DNA of 32,000 nt, from NCBI GenBank assembly GCA_963704755.1, contig OY969938.1, positions 480,001 to 512,000 of the forward strand. The letters run 5' to 3'. This document shows positions 23,829 to 30,850 of this stretch, in pieces. A program made the position numbers and the translations under genes. Positions within the stretch are counted from its first letter, which is position 1. Each line of letters begins with the position of its first letter. Below the pieces are notes generated by a model. It was given only the letters and a program-made list of their open reading frames with translations. It made no database searches and was not told the origin of the DNA. Source of the stretch: an uncultured Chloroflexia bacterium (lineage in GTDB: Bacteria > Chloroflexota > Anaerolineae > Anaerolineales > Anaerolineaceae).

Positions 23829-25670
23829 TTACTCGACCGTCACACTCTTGGCCAGGTTCCTGGGCTGATCGACGTCCAGGCCGCGCAGCGAAGCGATGTG
23901 ATAGGCAAACAGTTGCAGCGGGATGACCGTGATCACCGGTGAGAGCATCCAGGGGGTGTCCGGCACCCAGAAGATCTGGTCGGCCAGGTCCGGCACGCGT
24001 GTGTCGCCCTCGGTGGCTACCGCAATGACGCTGCCGCCGCGGGCCTTGGCCTGCTCGATCTGGCTGATCATCTTCTCGTACCAGGGATCCTTGGTCGCCA
24101 GGGCCAGCACCGGCATGTCCCGGTCCACCAGCGCGATCGGGCCGTGTTTCATCTCCCCGGCCGGGTAAGCCTCGGCGTGGACGTAGGAAATCTCCTTGAG
24201 CTTGAGCGCGCCTTCGTAGGCAATCGGCATGTTGATGCCCCGCCCCAGGTAGAGAATATTGCGGATGTAGCGCATCTCGCGGGCCACCTGGACGACCTCG
24301 GGCTCGCGGTCCAGGCAGCGGCCCACCAGTGAGGGCACCAGGCGCAGGTCGGCCACCAGCGCACGCCGCTTTTCCTCGCTTAGCGTGCCGCGCAGGTCGG
24401 CCAGCAGGATGGCCAGCATGTACAGGTCCAGCATCGGTGCGGTGAAGGCCTTGGTCGAGGCCACCCCGATCTCCGGGCCGGTCTGCATCGAGATGTAGCC
24501 GTCGGCGATACGCATGGCTTGCGAGCCGATCGCGTTGACGATCGACCACAGCGTCGCACCCCGTTTGCGGCCCTCGTCCATGGCCGCCAGGGTGTCGGCC
24601 GTCTCGCCTGACTGGCTGATGGCCAGTACTACCGTATTTTCATCCACGATCGGGTCGGCGTAACGGAACTCGGAGCCGATGGCTACCTCGACCGGGATGC
24701 GGGCGATGCGCTCCAGCATGATCTTGCCGACCATGCCCACGTGCGAAGCGGTGCCGCAGGCCGTGATGATAATTTTGTGGATCTTTTTGGCCAGCTCGGG
24801 GGTCAGGTTCAGGTTTGGCAGGCGGATCGTGCCGGAGTCGAAATCTACCCGCCCGGCCAGGGTGTCGGTCAGCGAGCGGACTTGTTCGTGAATTTCCTTC
24901 TGCATAAAATGGCGGTACTCCCCCTTCTCGGCCGCCACCGGGTCCCAACCAATGGTGTGTTCTTCGAAGGACACGACCTTGCCGTCCAGGGTTTTGACTT
25001 GCACGCCCTGGCGGGTGATGATGGCCATTTGTTGCGATTCGAGGAAGACCACCCGGCGGGTGTGCTCCAGGATGGCGGGGATATCCGAGGCCACGAACAT
25101 CTCGCCTTCGCCGATGCCGACCACCACGCCGCCGGCATTGCCGATGCGGGCCGCCACGATTTTATCCGGCTCGCGGGACGAGAACACCACCACCCCATGG
25201 GCGCCCTTGAGTTGTTTCAGCGCCAGGCGGGTGGCTTCTTCCAGCGGGGTGCCGTCGGCCATAAAGCGCTCGACCAGCATCACAATTACCTCGGTATCGG
25301 TATCCGAGTTGAAGTGTACGCCTTCGGCTACCAGCTCTTCGCGCAGCTCCAGAAAGTTTTCGACGATGCCATTGTGCACCACCACCACCTCTTTGGTGCT
25401 GCCCAGGTGCGGATGCGCGTTACGCGCGCTGGGTTCGCCGTGGGTGGCCCAGCGGGTGTGTCCAATCCCCATTTTCCCGGCCACGGGCTGCATTTCGACC
25501 AGCCCGGTCAACTTGCTCAACTTACCGGCATCCCGGCGTACCTGGATGTGACCGTCTTCCAGCACGGCCAAACCGGCCGAATCGTAGCCGCGATATTCCA
25601 ATTTCTTCAAGCCGTTCAAAATGATCGGCGTGGCATTTTGCTCTCCGATGTAACCAACAATACCACACAT
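23829..25670 (-). CDS. glmS: Glutamine--fructose-6-phosphate aminotransferase (isomerizing)
   Basis: The canonical N-terminus MCGIVGYIG (Cys2 nucleophile), SIS-domain motifs and the universal C-terminus PRNLAKSVTVE. The start is placed at the MCGIVG Met, not at the upstream in-frame extension given by the ORF track. Confidence 0.95.
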   Translation of the reverse strand: MCGIVGYIGEQNATPIILNGLKKLEYRGYDSAGLAVLEDGHIQVRRDAGKLSKLTGLVEMQPVAGKMGIGHTRWATHGEPSARNAHPHLGSTKEVVVVHNGIVENFLELREELVAEGVHFNSDTDTEVIVMLVERFMADGTPLEEATRLALKQLKGAHGVVVFSSREPDKIVAARIGNAGGVVVGIGEGEMFVASDIPAILEHTRRVVFLESQQMAIITRQGVQVKTLDGKVVSFEEHTIGWDPVAAEKGEYRHFMQKEIHEQVRSLTDTLAGRVDFDSGTIRLPNLNLTPELAKKIHKIIITACGTASHVGMVGKIMLERIARIPVEVAIGSEFRYADPIVDENTVVLAISQSGETADTLAAMDEGRKRGATLWSIVNAIGSQAMRIADGYISMQTGPEIGVASTKAFTAPMLDLYMLAILLADLRGTLSEEKRRALVADLRLVPSLVGRCLDREPEVVQVAREMRYIRNILYLGRGINMPIAYEGALKLKEISYVHAEAYPAGEMKHGPIALVDRDMPVLALATKDPWYEKMISQIEQAKARGGSVIAVATEGDTRVPDLADQIFWVPDTPWMLSPVITVIPLQLFAYHIASLRGLDVDQPRNLAKSVTVE

Positions 25671-25784
25671 TGCAAACTCCTTTGAATGGTTATCGAGCAT
25701 AGCAGAATCGCAGTAAGGGGCATACCCCTGCGAACGATTCACAATCCGCCCATGCTATTGATGAGCGAAGCGAATATTTTGTTG

Positions 25785-25970
25785 TGGTTTCAACCTGGGA
25801 AAGGGTCAGGTGCTTTAGAGCACCAGGAAGGCTTCCGCTGATCTGTCGATTTTCCCGGCGGCCAGAGATCCAATCTGTTTTCGCCGGTTAACCCTGCCTC
25901 GCGGTAGGGAACCTTCATCCTCGTCAACCTGCCAGCCTGTTACCCCCAGGCCCGGCAGGACCATGCGCTA
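25785..25970 (-). ncRNA. glmS ribozyme: glmS ribozyme (GlcN6P-dependent self-cleaving riboswitch) in the glmS 5' leader
   Basis: The minus strand reads ...AAUAGCGCAUGGUCCUGCC...GGCAGGUUGACGAGGAUGAAGGUU...CGGCGAAAACAG...GACAGAUCAGCGGAAGCC...CCAGGUUGAAACC. This parallels the Bacillus ribozyme I recall (A/GCGCC cleavage site, GGUUGACGAGGAUGGAGGUU core, CAGAUCACAGCCGUAAGG, CAAACCAAGG). It sits immediately 5' of glmS. The exact 3' boundary is uncertain. Confidence 0.8.
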
Positions 25971-26018
25971 TTACTTTCCCTTGTAAGCATGAAAAATATT
26001 GAGGAATACACCTCCATC

Positions 26019-26042
26019 GCTATAAGATACTTATCTTATAGC
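26019..26042. promoter_or_regulatory. Perfect 11-bp inverted repeat with a 2-bp spacer (operator-like) upstream of the glmS ribozyme
   Basis: GCTATAAGATA-CT-TATCTTATAGC, read directly. It lies ~50 nt upstream (minus-strand sense) of the ribozyme 5' end, where the glmS promoter should be. Confidence 0.3.
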
Positions 26043-26084
26043 ATAAATGCCCTAAAACGCAAGGGGTAAAGATATTAGAAATGT

Positions 26085-26128
26085 GAGAGAAAAGAGATTA
26101 GGCAATGAGTAAGAAGGCAATGAGGGGG
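26085..26128. repeat. Left arm of a 44-nt imperfect inverted repeat (39/44 match to 26408-26451)
   Basis: GAGAGAAAAGAGATTAGGCAATGAGTAAGAAGGCAATGAGGGGG versus the reverse complement of the right arm, GAGAGAATAGAGATTAGTCGATGAGTAATAAGGCAACGAGGGGG. There are five mismatches and no gaps. Confidence 0.85.
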
Positions 26129-26183
26129 AGTGGATCGGCCCGGTCTCCAGACCGATCGCTTTGACCAATCGTATGGTTTTTTT

Positions 26184-26264
26184 GCTTTTAGCTTTTAGCT
26201 GTTGGCTGTTGGCTGTTGGCTCTTGGCTGTTGGCTCTTGGCTGTTGGCTCTTGGCTGTTGGCTT
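26184..26264. repeat. 7-bp tandem repeat array, ~11.5 units (GCTTTTA x2, then alternating GCTGTTG / GCTCTTG)
   Basis: Read directly. The units are contiguous with no spacers. Confidence 0.9.
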
Positions 26265-26407
26265 AAAAGATTTAGGCGCATAACTAATCGCTAACAGCTA
26301 ATTACCAACCGCCAATTCCGGTGGGTTACGGGCAAGACCTGTGAATTCCAAACCGTCTGTAATTCCACCGAATTCTTAACAAGCCCTGCACCCACCCTAC
26401 GGAGTTC

Positions 26408-26451
26408 CCCCCTCGTTGCCTTATTACTCATCGACTAATCTCTATTCTCTC
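26408..26451. repeat. Right arm of the 44-nt imperfect inverted repeat
   Basis: See the left arm. It lies 279 nt from the left arm and ends ~58 nt upstream of the AAA-ATPase start. Confidence 0.85.
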
Positions 26452-26509
26452 CTCTCCCTTCTTTACGTTATAATCGTTTCTAGTTTTTACCAATGAATGG
26501 TTCCTGATT

Positions 26510-28051
26510 ATGGATTTTGAAGAACGACTGGATATCTATCTGCGAGCCCGCTTTACCCTCATCGTCCTGGTGACGCCGGAGGAAGAGCGCGCTTTACAAA
26601 CGATCAAATCGGTCTGCGAGCGCACCCAACGCCGCTGCCTTACCTGGGATGCCGCCGATGGCTTCCAGGTGCTGGCCGGCTCGGGCGCCAACCCGCCCAC
26701 CGCGCGCGACCCGCTGACCGCCCTGGAGCACATCGACCAGGCTGACCCTAACGTTTCGTCATTGTTTATTCTCAAGGATTTCCACGAGGCCTGGAACAAC
26801 CCCCAGCTCAAGCGCAAATTACGCAGCGTCAGCCAGCGCTTGAAATTTGCCAAAAAATCCATCCTGATTACCTCGGTCAGCAGCGCGATCCCGGAAGAAT
26901 TAAAGGACGAATCCGTGCTGGTCGAATTTCCCCTGCCCAACACCGACGACCTGGACGAGGTGCTCAACCGCCTGACTCAGACCCCCGGCGTAAAGGTCAA
27001 CCTGACCCCGCTGGGCCGCGAAAAGCTGGTCCAGGCCGCCGTCGGGCTGACCGCCTCGCAGGCTCAGCGCGTCTTCGCCAAGTCCATCGTCCGGGATGGC
27101 CGCCTGGACGACCGCGACATTGACCTGGTCACCGAAGAAAAGAAACAGATCATCCGCGAATCCGAAGCGCTGGAATTTTACCCGGTCACCGAAACGCCGG
27201 ATAACGTCGGCGGGTTGGGTGTGCTCAAGGATTGGCTGCGTTTACGCGAGAAAGCCTTCACCCAGGAGGCGCGCAGCTACGGCTTGCCGGCCCCCAAGGG
27301 CATTGGCCTGATCGGCATCCCCGGCACCGGCAAGAGCCTGACCGCAAAAATGATCGGCGGTCTCTGGCGCCTGCCCCTGCTGCGTCTGGATATCGGCGCA
27401 CTGTTCGGCAGCCTGGTCGGCGAATCCGAGGAGCGTGCCCGGCGAGCCCTGCGCCTGGCCGAGACGGTCGCTCCCTGCATCGTCTGGATCGACGAGATGG
27501 AAAAAGGGCTGGCCCACGGCGGACAGGACAGCGGCACCAGCGCGCGCGTTTTCGGAACTATCCTGACCTGGATGCAGGAAAAAACGGCGCCCTGCTTCGT
27601 GGTCGCTACCGCCAACGATATCACCAGCCTGCCGCCCGAACTTCTGCGCAAGGGCCGCTTCGACGATATCTTCTTCCTCGACCTGCCCACCCAATACGAG
27701 CGCCAGGAGATCTTCAGCGTCCACCTGCGCAAACGCAAGCGCCTGCCGGAAGATTACGACCTGGAAAGCCTGGCCAAAGCCTCGGCCGGGTTGGTCGGCG
27801 CCGAAATCGAGCAGGCTATCATCGATGCCATGTACGTGGGCTTCAACGACGGCCGGCGCGAATTCACCACCGCCGACCTGCTGGCTGCCCTCAAGCGCCA
27901 GGTACCGCTATCCATCTCACAGCGCGAGACGATCAATTCGCTGCGCAACTGGCTGCGCGAAGGCCGGGCCCAATCGGCCTCCTTCCGCGAAGCCGAAGAA
28001 GCCGAAAACCAATTCGTGCCCATTGAGCTAGAAATCCGCAAAGGAGCCTGA
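26510..28051 (+). CDS. Classic-clade AAA+ ATPase (Ycf46-like)
   Basis: 513 aa. It has Walker [19 protein letters not shown], Walker [12 protein letters not shown], and the second region of homology with Arg fingers ([28 protein letters not shown]). The N-terminal ...[15 protein letters not shown]... is typical of Ycf46-type ATPases as I recall them. Confidence 0.8.
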   Translation: MDFEERLDIYLRARFTLIVLVTPEEERALQTIKSVCERTQRRCLTWDAADGFQVLAGSGANPPTARDPLTALEHIDQADPNVSSLFILKDFHEAWNNPQLKRKLRSVSQRLKFAKKSILITSVSSAIPEELKDESVLVEFPLPNTDDLDEVLNRLTQTPGVKVNLTPLGREKLVQAAVGLTASQAQRVFAKSIVRDGRLDDRDIDLVTEEKKQIIRESEALEFYPVTETPDNVGGLGVLKDWLRLREKAFTQEARSYGLPAPKGIGLIGIPGTGKSLTAKMIGGLWRLPLLRLDIGALFGSLVGESEERARRALRLAETVAPCIVWIDEMEKGLAHGGQDSGTSARVFGTILTWMQEKTAPCFVVATANDITSLPPELLRKGRFDDIFFLDLPTQYERQEIFSVHLRKRKRLPEDYDLESLAKASAGLVGAEIEQAIIDAMYVGFNDGRREFTTADLLAALKRQVPLSISQRETINSLRNWLREGRAQSASFREAEEAENQFVPIELEIRKGA

Positions 28052-28052
28052 C

Positions 28053-29645
28053 ATGCCCGGTCGCCTGGCAATCGATTTTGGCACATCCAACACCGTGGTC
28101 TCCCTCTGGAACGAGGAACGCAAAGAGGGCAGCTCACTCACCATCCCCGGCTACAGCCGCCAGGCCAACCAACTGGGCGAACCCGTCGCGATCATCCCTT
28201 CGCTGATCCATTACGCCGGCCCCAATAGTGTCTGGATCGGTGACCAGGTCCTTTCCCGCGGGCTGTATAACTCGCGCCATACTTTTCGCTGGATGAAACA
28301 GTACATCAGCAACCGCAGCCCCATCCAGGTGCGGGTCGGCGACCGTGAAATCAGCCCTTACCAGGCCGGCAAAGATTTTTTGCAGGCCGTCCTGGCTTCA
28401 GCTACCGGCGGGTTGGATTTAAAAGATGAAGAAGTAGCCTTCAGCGTGCCGGTCGAATCCTTCGAGCACTACGAAGATTGGCTCAGTCACGTGGCCGAGG
28501 CGGCCGGAATCGGCCGTTATCGCGTCATCGACGAACCCTCCGCGGCTGCCCTGGGTTACAACGAGCACATCCAGCCCGGCAGCGTGTACCTGATCTTCGA
28601 TTTTGGCGGTGGTACGTTGCATACCTCGGTCGTCCTGATCGAGCCGGGCGAATCCGCCCGGGGTGGCCGGCGCTGCCGCGTACTGGGCAAAGCCGGCAAA
28701 TCCATCGGCGGTACGCGCATCGACCAGTGGCTTTATCAGGAAGTGCTGAAACGCAATCACTACAGCGAAGACCACGAGCTGATCCGCCAGGCCAGTACAG
28801 CCTTGCTGGTGGCTTGTGAACAGCTCAAAGAGCGCCTGTCGTTCGAAGACCAGGCCGATCTGCTGACGGTTCCCCTGGCGGACGGCAGCGCGTTGGCCGC
28901 CCACTTTAGCCGGGCCGAATTCGAAGACCTGCTCGATCGCAACAACCTGTTCACCGACGCCGGCTACACCATCCGCACGGCCCTGAATGCCGCCCAGGAA
29001 CGGGGTTACACGGAAGACCGGATCCAGTCGGTGTTGATGGTCGGCGGGAGTTGCCAGATACCCGCGATCCAGCGCCAGATCCGCCAGACCTTCGGCCGCG
29101 AAAAGGTGCGCTACGAGCGCCCGTTGGATGCGGTTGCGCGCGGTACGGCCGCCTTTATCTCCGGCGCCGATTTCTTCGACCACATTCAGCACGACTACGC
29201 CATTCGCTACGTCGATCCGAACACCAACGCCTATGAGTATTACACCATCGTCAAGCGCGGCACGGCCTACCCCACCCAGGAACCGGTCGCGCGCCTGTCG
29301 GTCAAGGGCTCTCACACCCGCCAGCGCCAGTTAGGCCTGTCGATCTTCGAGATCGGTGAACGGCGCCACATCACCCTGGACGAAGCCGTCGAGCTGGTAT
29401 TCGATCCCTCCGGAGCAGCCCGCATCACTCAAATCACCCCGCAGGATGCCCTGGATCGCTCCCTTTATTGGATGAACGAAAAGTCACCGACTTTTTTGGT
29501 CGCCGAGCCGCCCGCCGAGACGGGCGAGCCGCGTTTTGAGGTCACTTTCGATATCGACGCAAATAAACGCCTGCTGGTCACCGCCCGGGATCTGTTGACC
29601 GGGTCGCTGGTGCTGCAAGATATACCGGTCGTTCATTTGAGTTGA
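28053..29645 (+). CDS. Hsp70/actin-fold ATPase (DnaK-like, short divergent C-terminal domain)
   Basis: 530 aa. It has the phosphate-1 motif LAIDFGTSNTVVS, IDEPSAAALGY, the phosphate-2 motif IFDFGGGTLHTSVV, and the adenosine motif LMVGGSCQIPAIQ. The ATG lies 1 nt after the AAA stop. Confidence 0.85.
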   Translation: MPGRLAIDFGTSNTVVSLWNEERKEGSSLTIPGYSRQANQLGEPVAIIPSLIHYAGPNSVWIGDQVLSRGLYNSRHTFRWMKQYISNRSPIQVRVGDREISPYQAGKDFLQAVLASATGGLDLKDEEVAFSVPVESFEHYEDWLSHVAEAAGIGRYRVIDEPSAAALGYNEHIQPGSVYLIFDFGGGTLHTSVVLIEPGESARGGRRCRVLGKAGKSIGGTRIDQWLYQEVLKRNHYSEDHELIRQASTALLVACEQLKERLSFEDQADLLTVPLADGSALAAHFSRAEFEDLLDRNNLFTDAGYTIRTALNAAQERGYTEDRIQSVLMVGGSCQIPAIQRQIRQTFGREKVRYERPLDAVARGTAAFISGADFFDHIQHDYAIRYVDPNTNAYEYYTIVKRGTAYPTQEPVARLSVKGSHTRQRQLGLSIFEIGERRHITLDEAVELVFDPSGAARITQITPQDALDRSLYWMNEKSPTFLVAEPPAETGEPRFEVTFDIDANKRLLVTARDLLTGSLVLQDIPVVHLS

Positions 29646-29659
29646 CCTACGGAGTACAA

Positions 29660-30037
29660 ATGTCTCACATATCCAAAATCAAGACCCAGGTCGTCGAAAA
29701 AGAATATTTATTGGCTGCTTTAGCCGATCTGGGTTATGATGTGCAGCAAGGGGAGCTTTCCGTGGCCGGTTTTCGCGGCCAGGAAACCCCGGTAGAAATC
29801 TTACTCAAACTGCCCTTGAGCAATGATATCGGTTTCCGCCTGGAAGACGGCCGCTATACTATCGTGGCTGATTGGTACGGGGTTCATGGTGTCACCGCCA
29901 GGGCCTTTACAAACCAACTCACCCAGCGCTACGCTTATCACACCACCAAAGCCAAAATGGAAGAACAGGGCTTTTCACTGGTGGAGGAAACCAACGAAAA
30001 AGGAAAAATACACCTGGTTCTGCGCCGCATGGCCTGA
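29660..30037 (+). CDS. DUF1257 family protein (Ycf35-like family, as I recall)
   Basis: MSHISKIKTQVVEKEYLLAALADLGY ... DIGFRLEDGRYTIVADWYGV ... LTQRYAY ... QGFSLVEE...GKIHLVLRR matches the DUF1257 pattern MSHFS.IKT......L..AL.DLG. The start is taken at the ATG with GGAG 5 nt upstream, rather than the TTG at 29642. Confidence 0.7.
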   Translation: MSHISKIKTQVVEKEYLLAALADLGYDVQQGELSVAGFRGQETPVEILLKLPLSNDIGFRLEDGRYTIVADWYGVHGVTARAFTNQLTQRYAYHTTKAKMEEQGFSLVEETNEKGKIHLVLRRMA

Positions 30038-30060
30038 GCCGGTCGAGGATTTAAGTAATC

Positions 30061-30270
30061 ATGGATGTCCAGGAAATGGAAATCACAATCAGTAAAACCG
30101 GCCAGGTGGAAGTGCATGTCCGTGGCGTAACGGGGCCGGCCTGCCTCGCACTGACCCACGACCTCGAAGAGGCCCTGGGCGGCCAGGTGATCCTGCGCCA
30201 GATGACCCCTGAGGCGGGAGAAACCGTAGCCAATCCGGTGGACAACCGCTTGAACCTCAAAGGTGGTTAG
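30061..30270 (+). CDS. DUF2997 family small protein
   Basis: 69 aa. MEITISKTGQVEVHVRGVTGPACLALTHDLEEALGGQV matches the DUF2997 pattern (I.I..DG.V.....G..G..C...T..LE..LG). It is a known neighbour of DUF1257 and AAA genes, as I recall. Confidence 0.6.
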   Translation: MDVQEMEITISKTGQVEVHVRGVTGPACLALTHDLEEALGGQVILRQMTPEAGETVANPVDNRLNLKGG

Positions 30271-30276
30271 CGGATT

Positions 30277-30846
30277 GTGAGGCAAGTTCGTTTACGTGTC
30301 CATCATATCGAACCGGCCAGCCGGGTCAACGGGCCGGGTTTGCGAAGTGTCATCTGGACCCAGGGATGCAGCCTGGGCTGCCCGGGTTGTTTTAATCCGC
30401 AGACTCATTCGATCCAGGGCGGTGATGAGATTGCCCCACGGGATTTAGCCGACAAGGCAATTGGCTATGCGCATAATATTGAGGGGGTCACGATCAGCGG
30501 CGGCGAACCGCTCCAGCAAATTCGCCCGTTGGTCGAATTTCTGCGCATTTTACGGCCCAAATCCGCACTGTCGGTGATATTATTCAGTGGCTTTACCTGG
30601 GACGAAATCCAGGCCATGCCACTTGGGCGAGAAATCCCCGGCCTGGTGGATGTGCTTATTGCCGGCCGATATATCGCCGCTCAAAACGTGGGCCATAACC
30701 TGACCGGCTCTGCCAACAAAACGTTCCACTTCTTTTCGGAACGCTATACTATCGCCGACTTCACCGACCTTCCCGAGGCTGAAATCATCATTCTGCCCGA
30801 TGGCGGAATTATCTCCAGCGGAATCGCACCGCTCCACCTGCGCTAA
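30277..30846 (+). CDS. NrdG/PflA-type radical-SAM activating-enzyme-like protein (4Fe-4S single-cluster domain)
   Basis: GTG start. VNGPGLRSVIWTQGCSLGCPGCFNPQTH carries the CxxxCxxC cluster motif and the GPG.R leader typical of anaerobic RNR / glycyl-radical activases. GVTISGGEPL is the SAM-binding GGE motif. Confidence 0.75.
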   Translation: MRQVRLRVHHIEPASRVNGPGLRSVIWTQGCSLGCPGCFNPQTHSIQGGDEIAPRDLADKAIGYAHNIEGVTISGGEPLQQIRPLVEFLRILRPKSALSVILFSGFTWDEIQAMPLGREIPGLVDVLIAGRYIAAQNVGHNLTGSANKTFHFFSERYTIADFTDLPEAEIIILPDGGIISSGIAPLHLR

Positions 30847-30850
30847 TCGC

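Noticed and set aside
23818-25685. Alternative-frame and antisense ORFs over glmS (23818-24549 minus 243 aa, 24741-25685 plus 314 aa, 24952-25551 plus, and others)
   Set aside because: glmS is unambiguous. The others are low-complexity R/G/P/A-rich translations of a ~70% GC gene.
25671-25742. 24-codon N-terminal extension of glmS (MNRSQGYAPYCDSAMLDNHSKEFA) suggested by the ORF track
   Set aside because: GlmS must begin Met-Cys (the Cys is the processed N-terminal nucleophile). The extension overlaps the ribozyme/leader region.
26184-26264. Possibility that the tandem repeats are a CRISPR array
   Set aside because: The units are 7 bp and contiguous with no spacers, and no cas genes are present. 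It is a microsatellite-type array.
27096-29334. Off-frame or antisense ORFs within the AAA and Hsp70 genes (27232-28026 plus 264 aa, 27242-27738 minus, 28419-29315 minus 298 aa, and others)
   Set aside because: Their composition (R/P/A/G runs) and complete overlap with motif-bearing frames mark them as spurious.
29642-29659. TTG start at 29642 for the DUF1257 gene
   Set aside because: The family N-terminus is MSH.S.IKT. The ATG at 29660 has GGAG 5 nt upstream.
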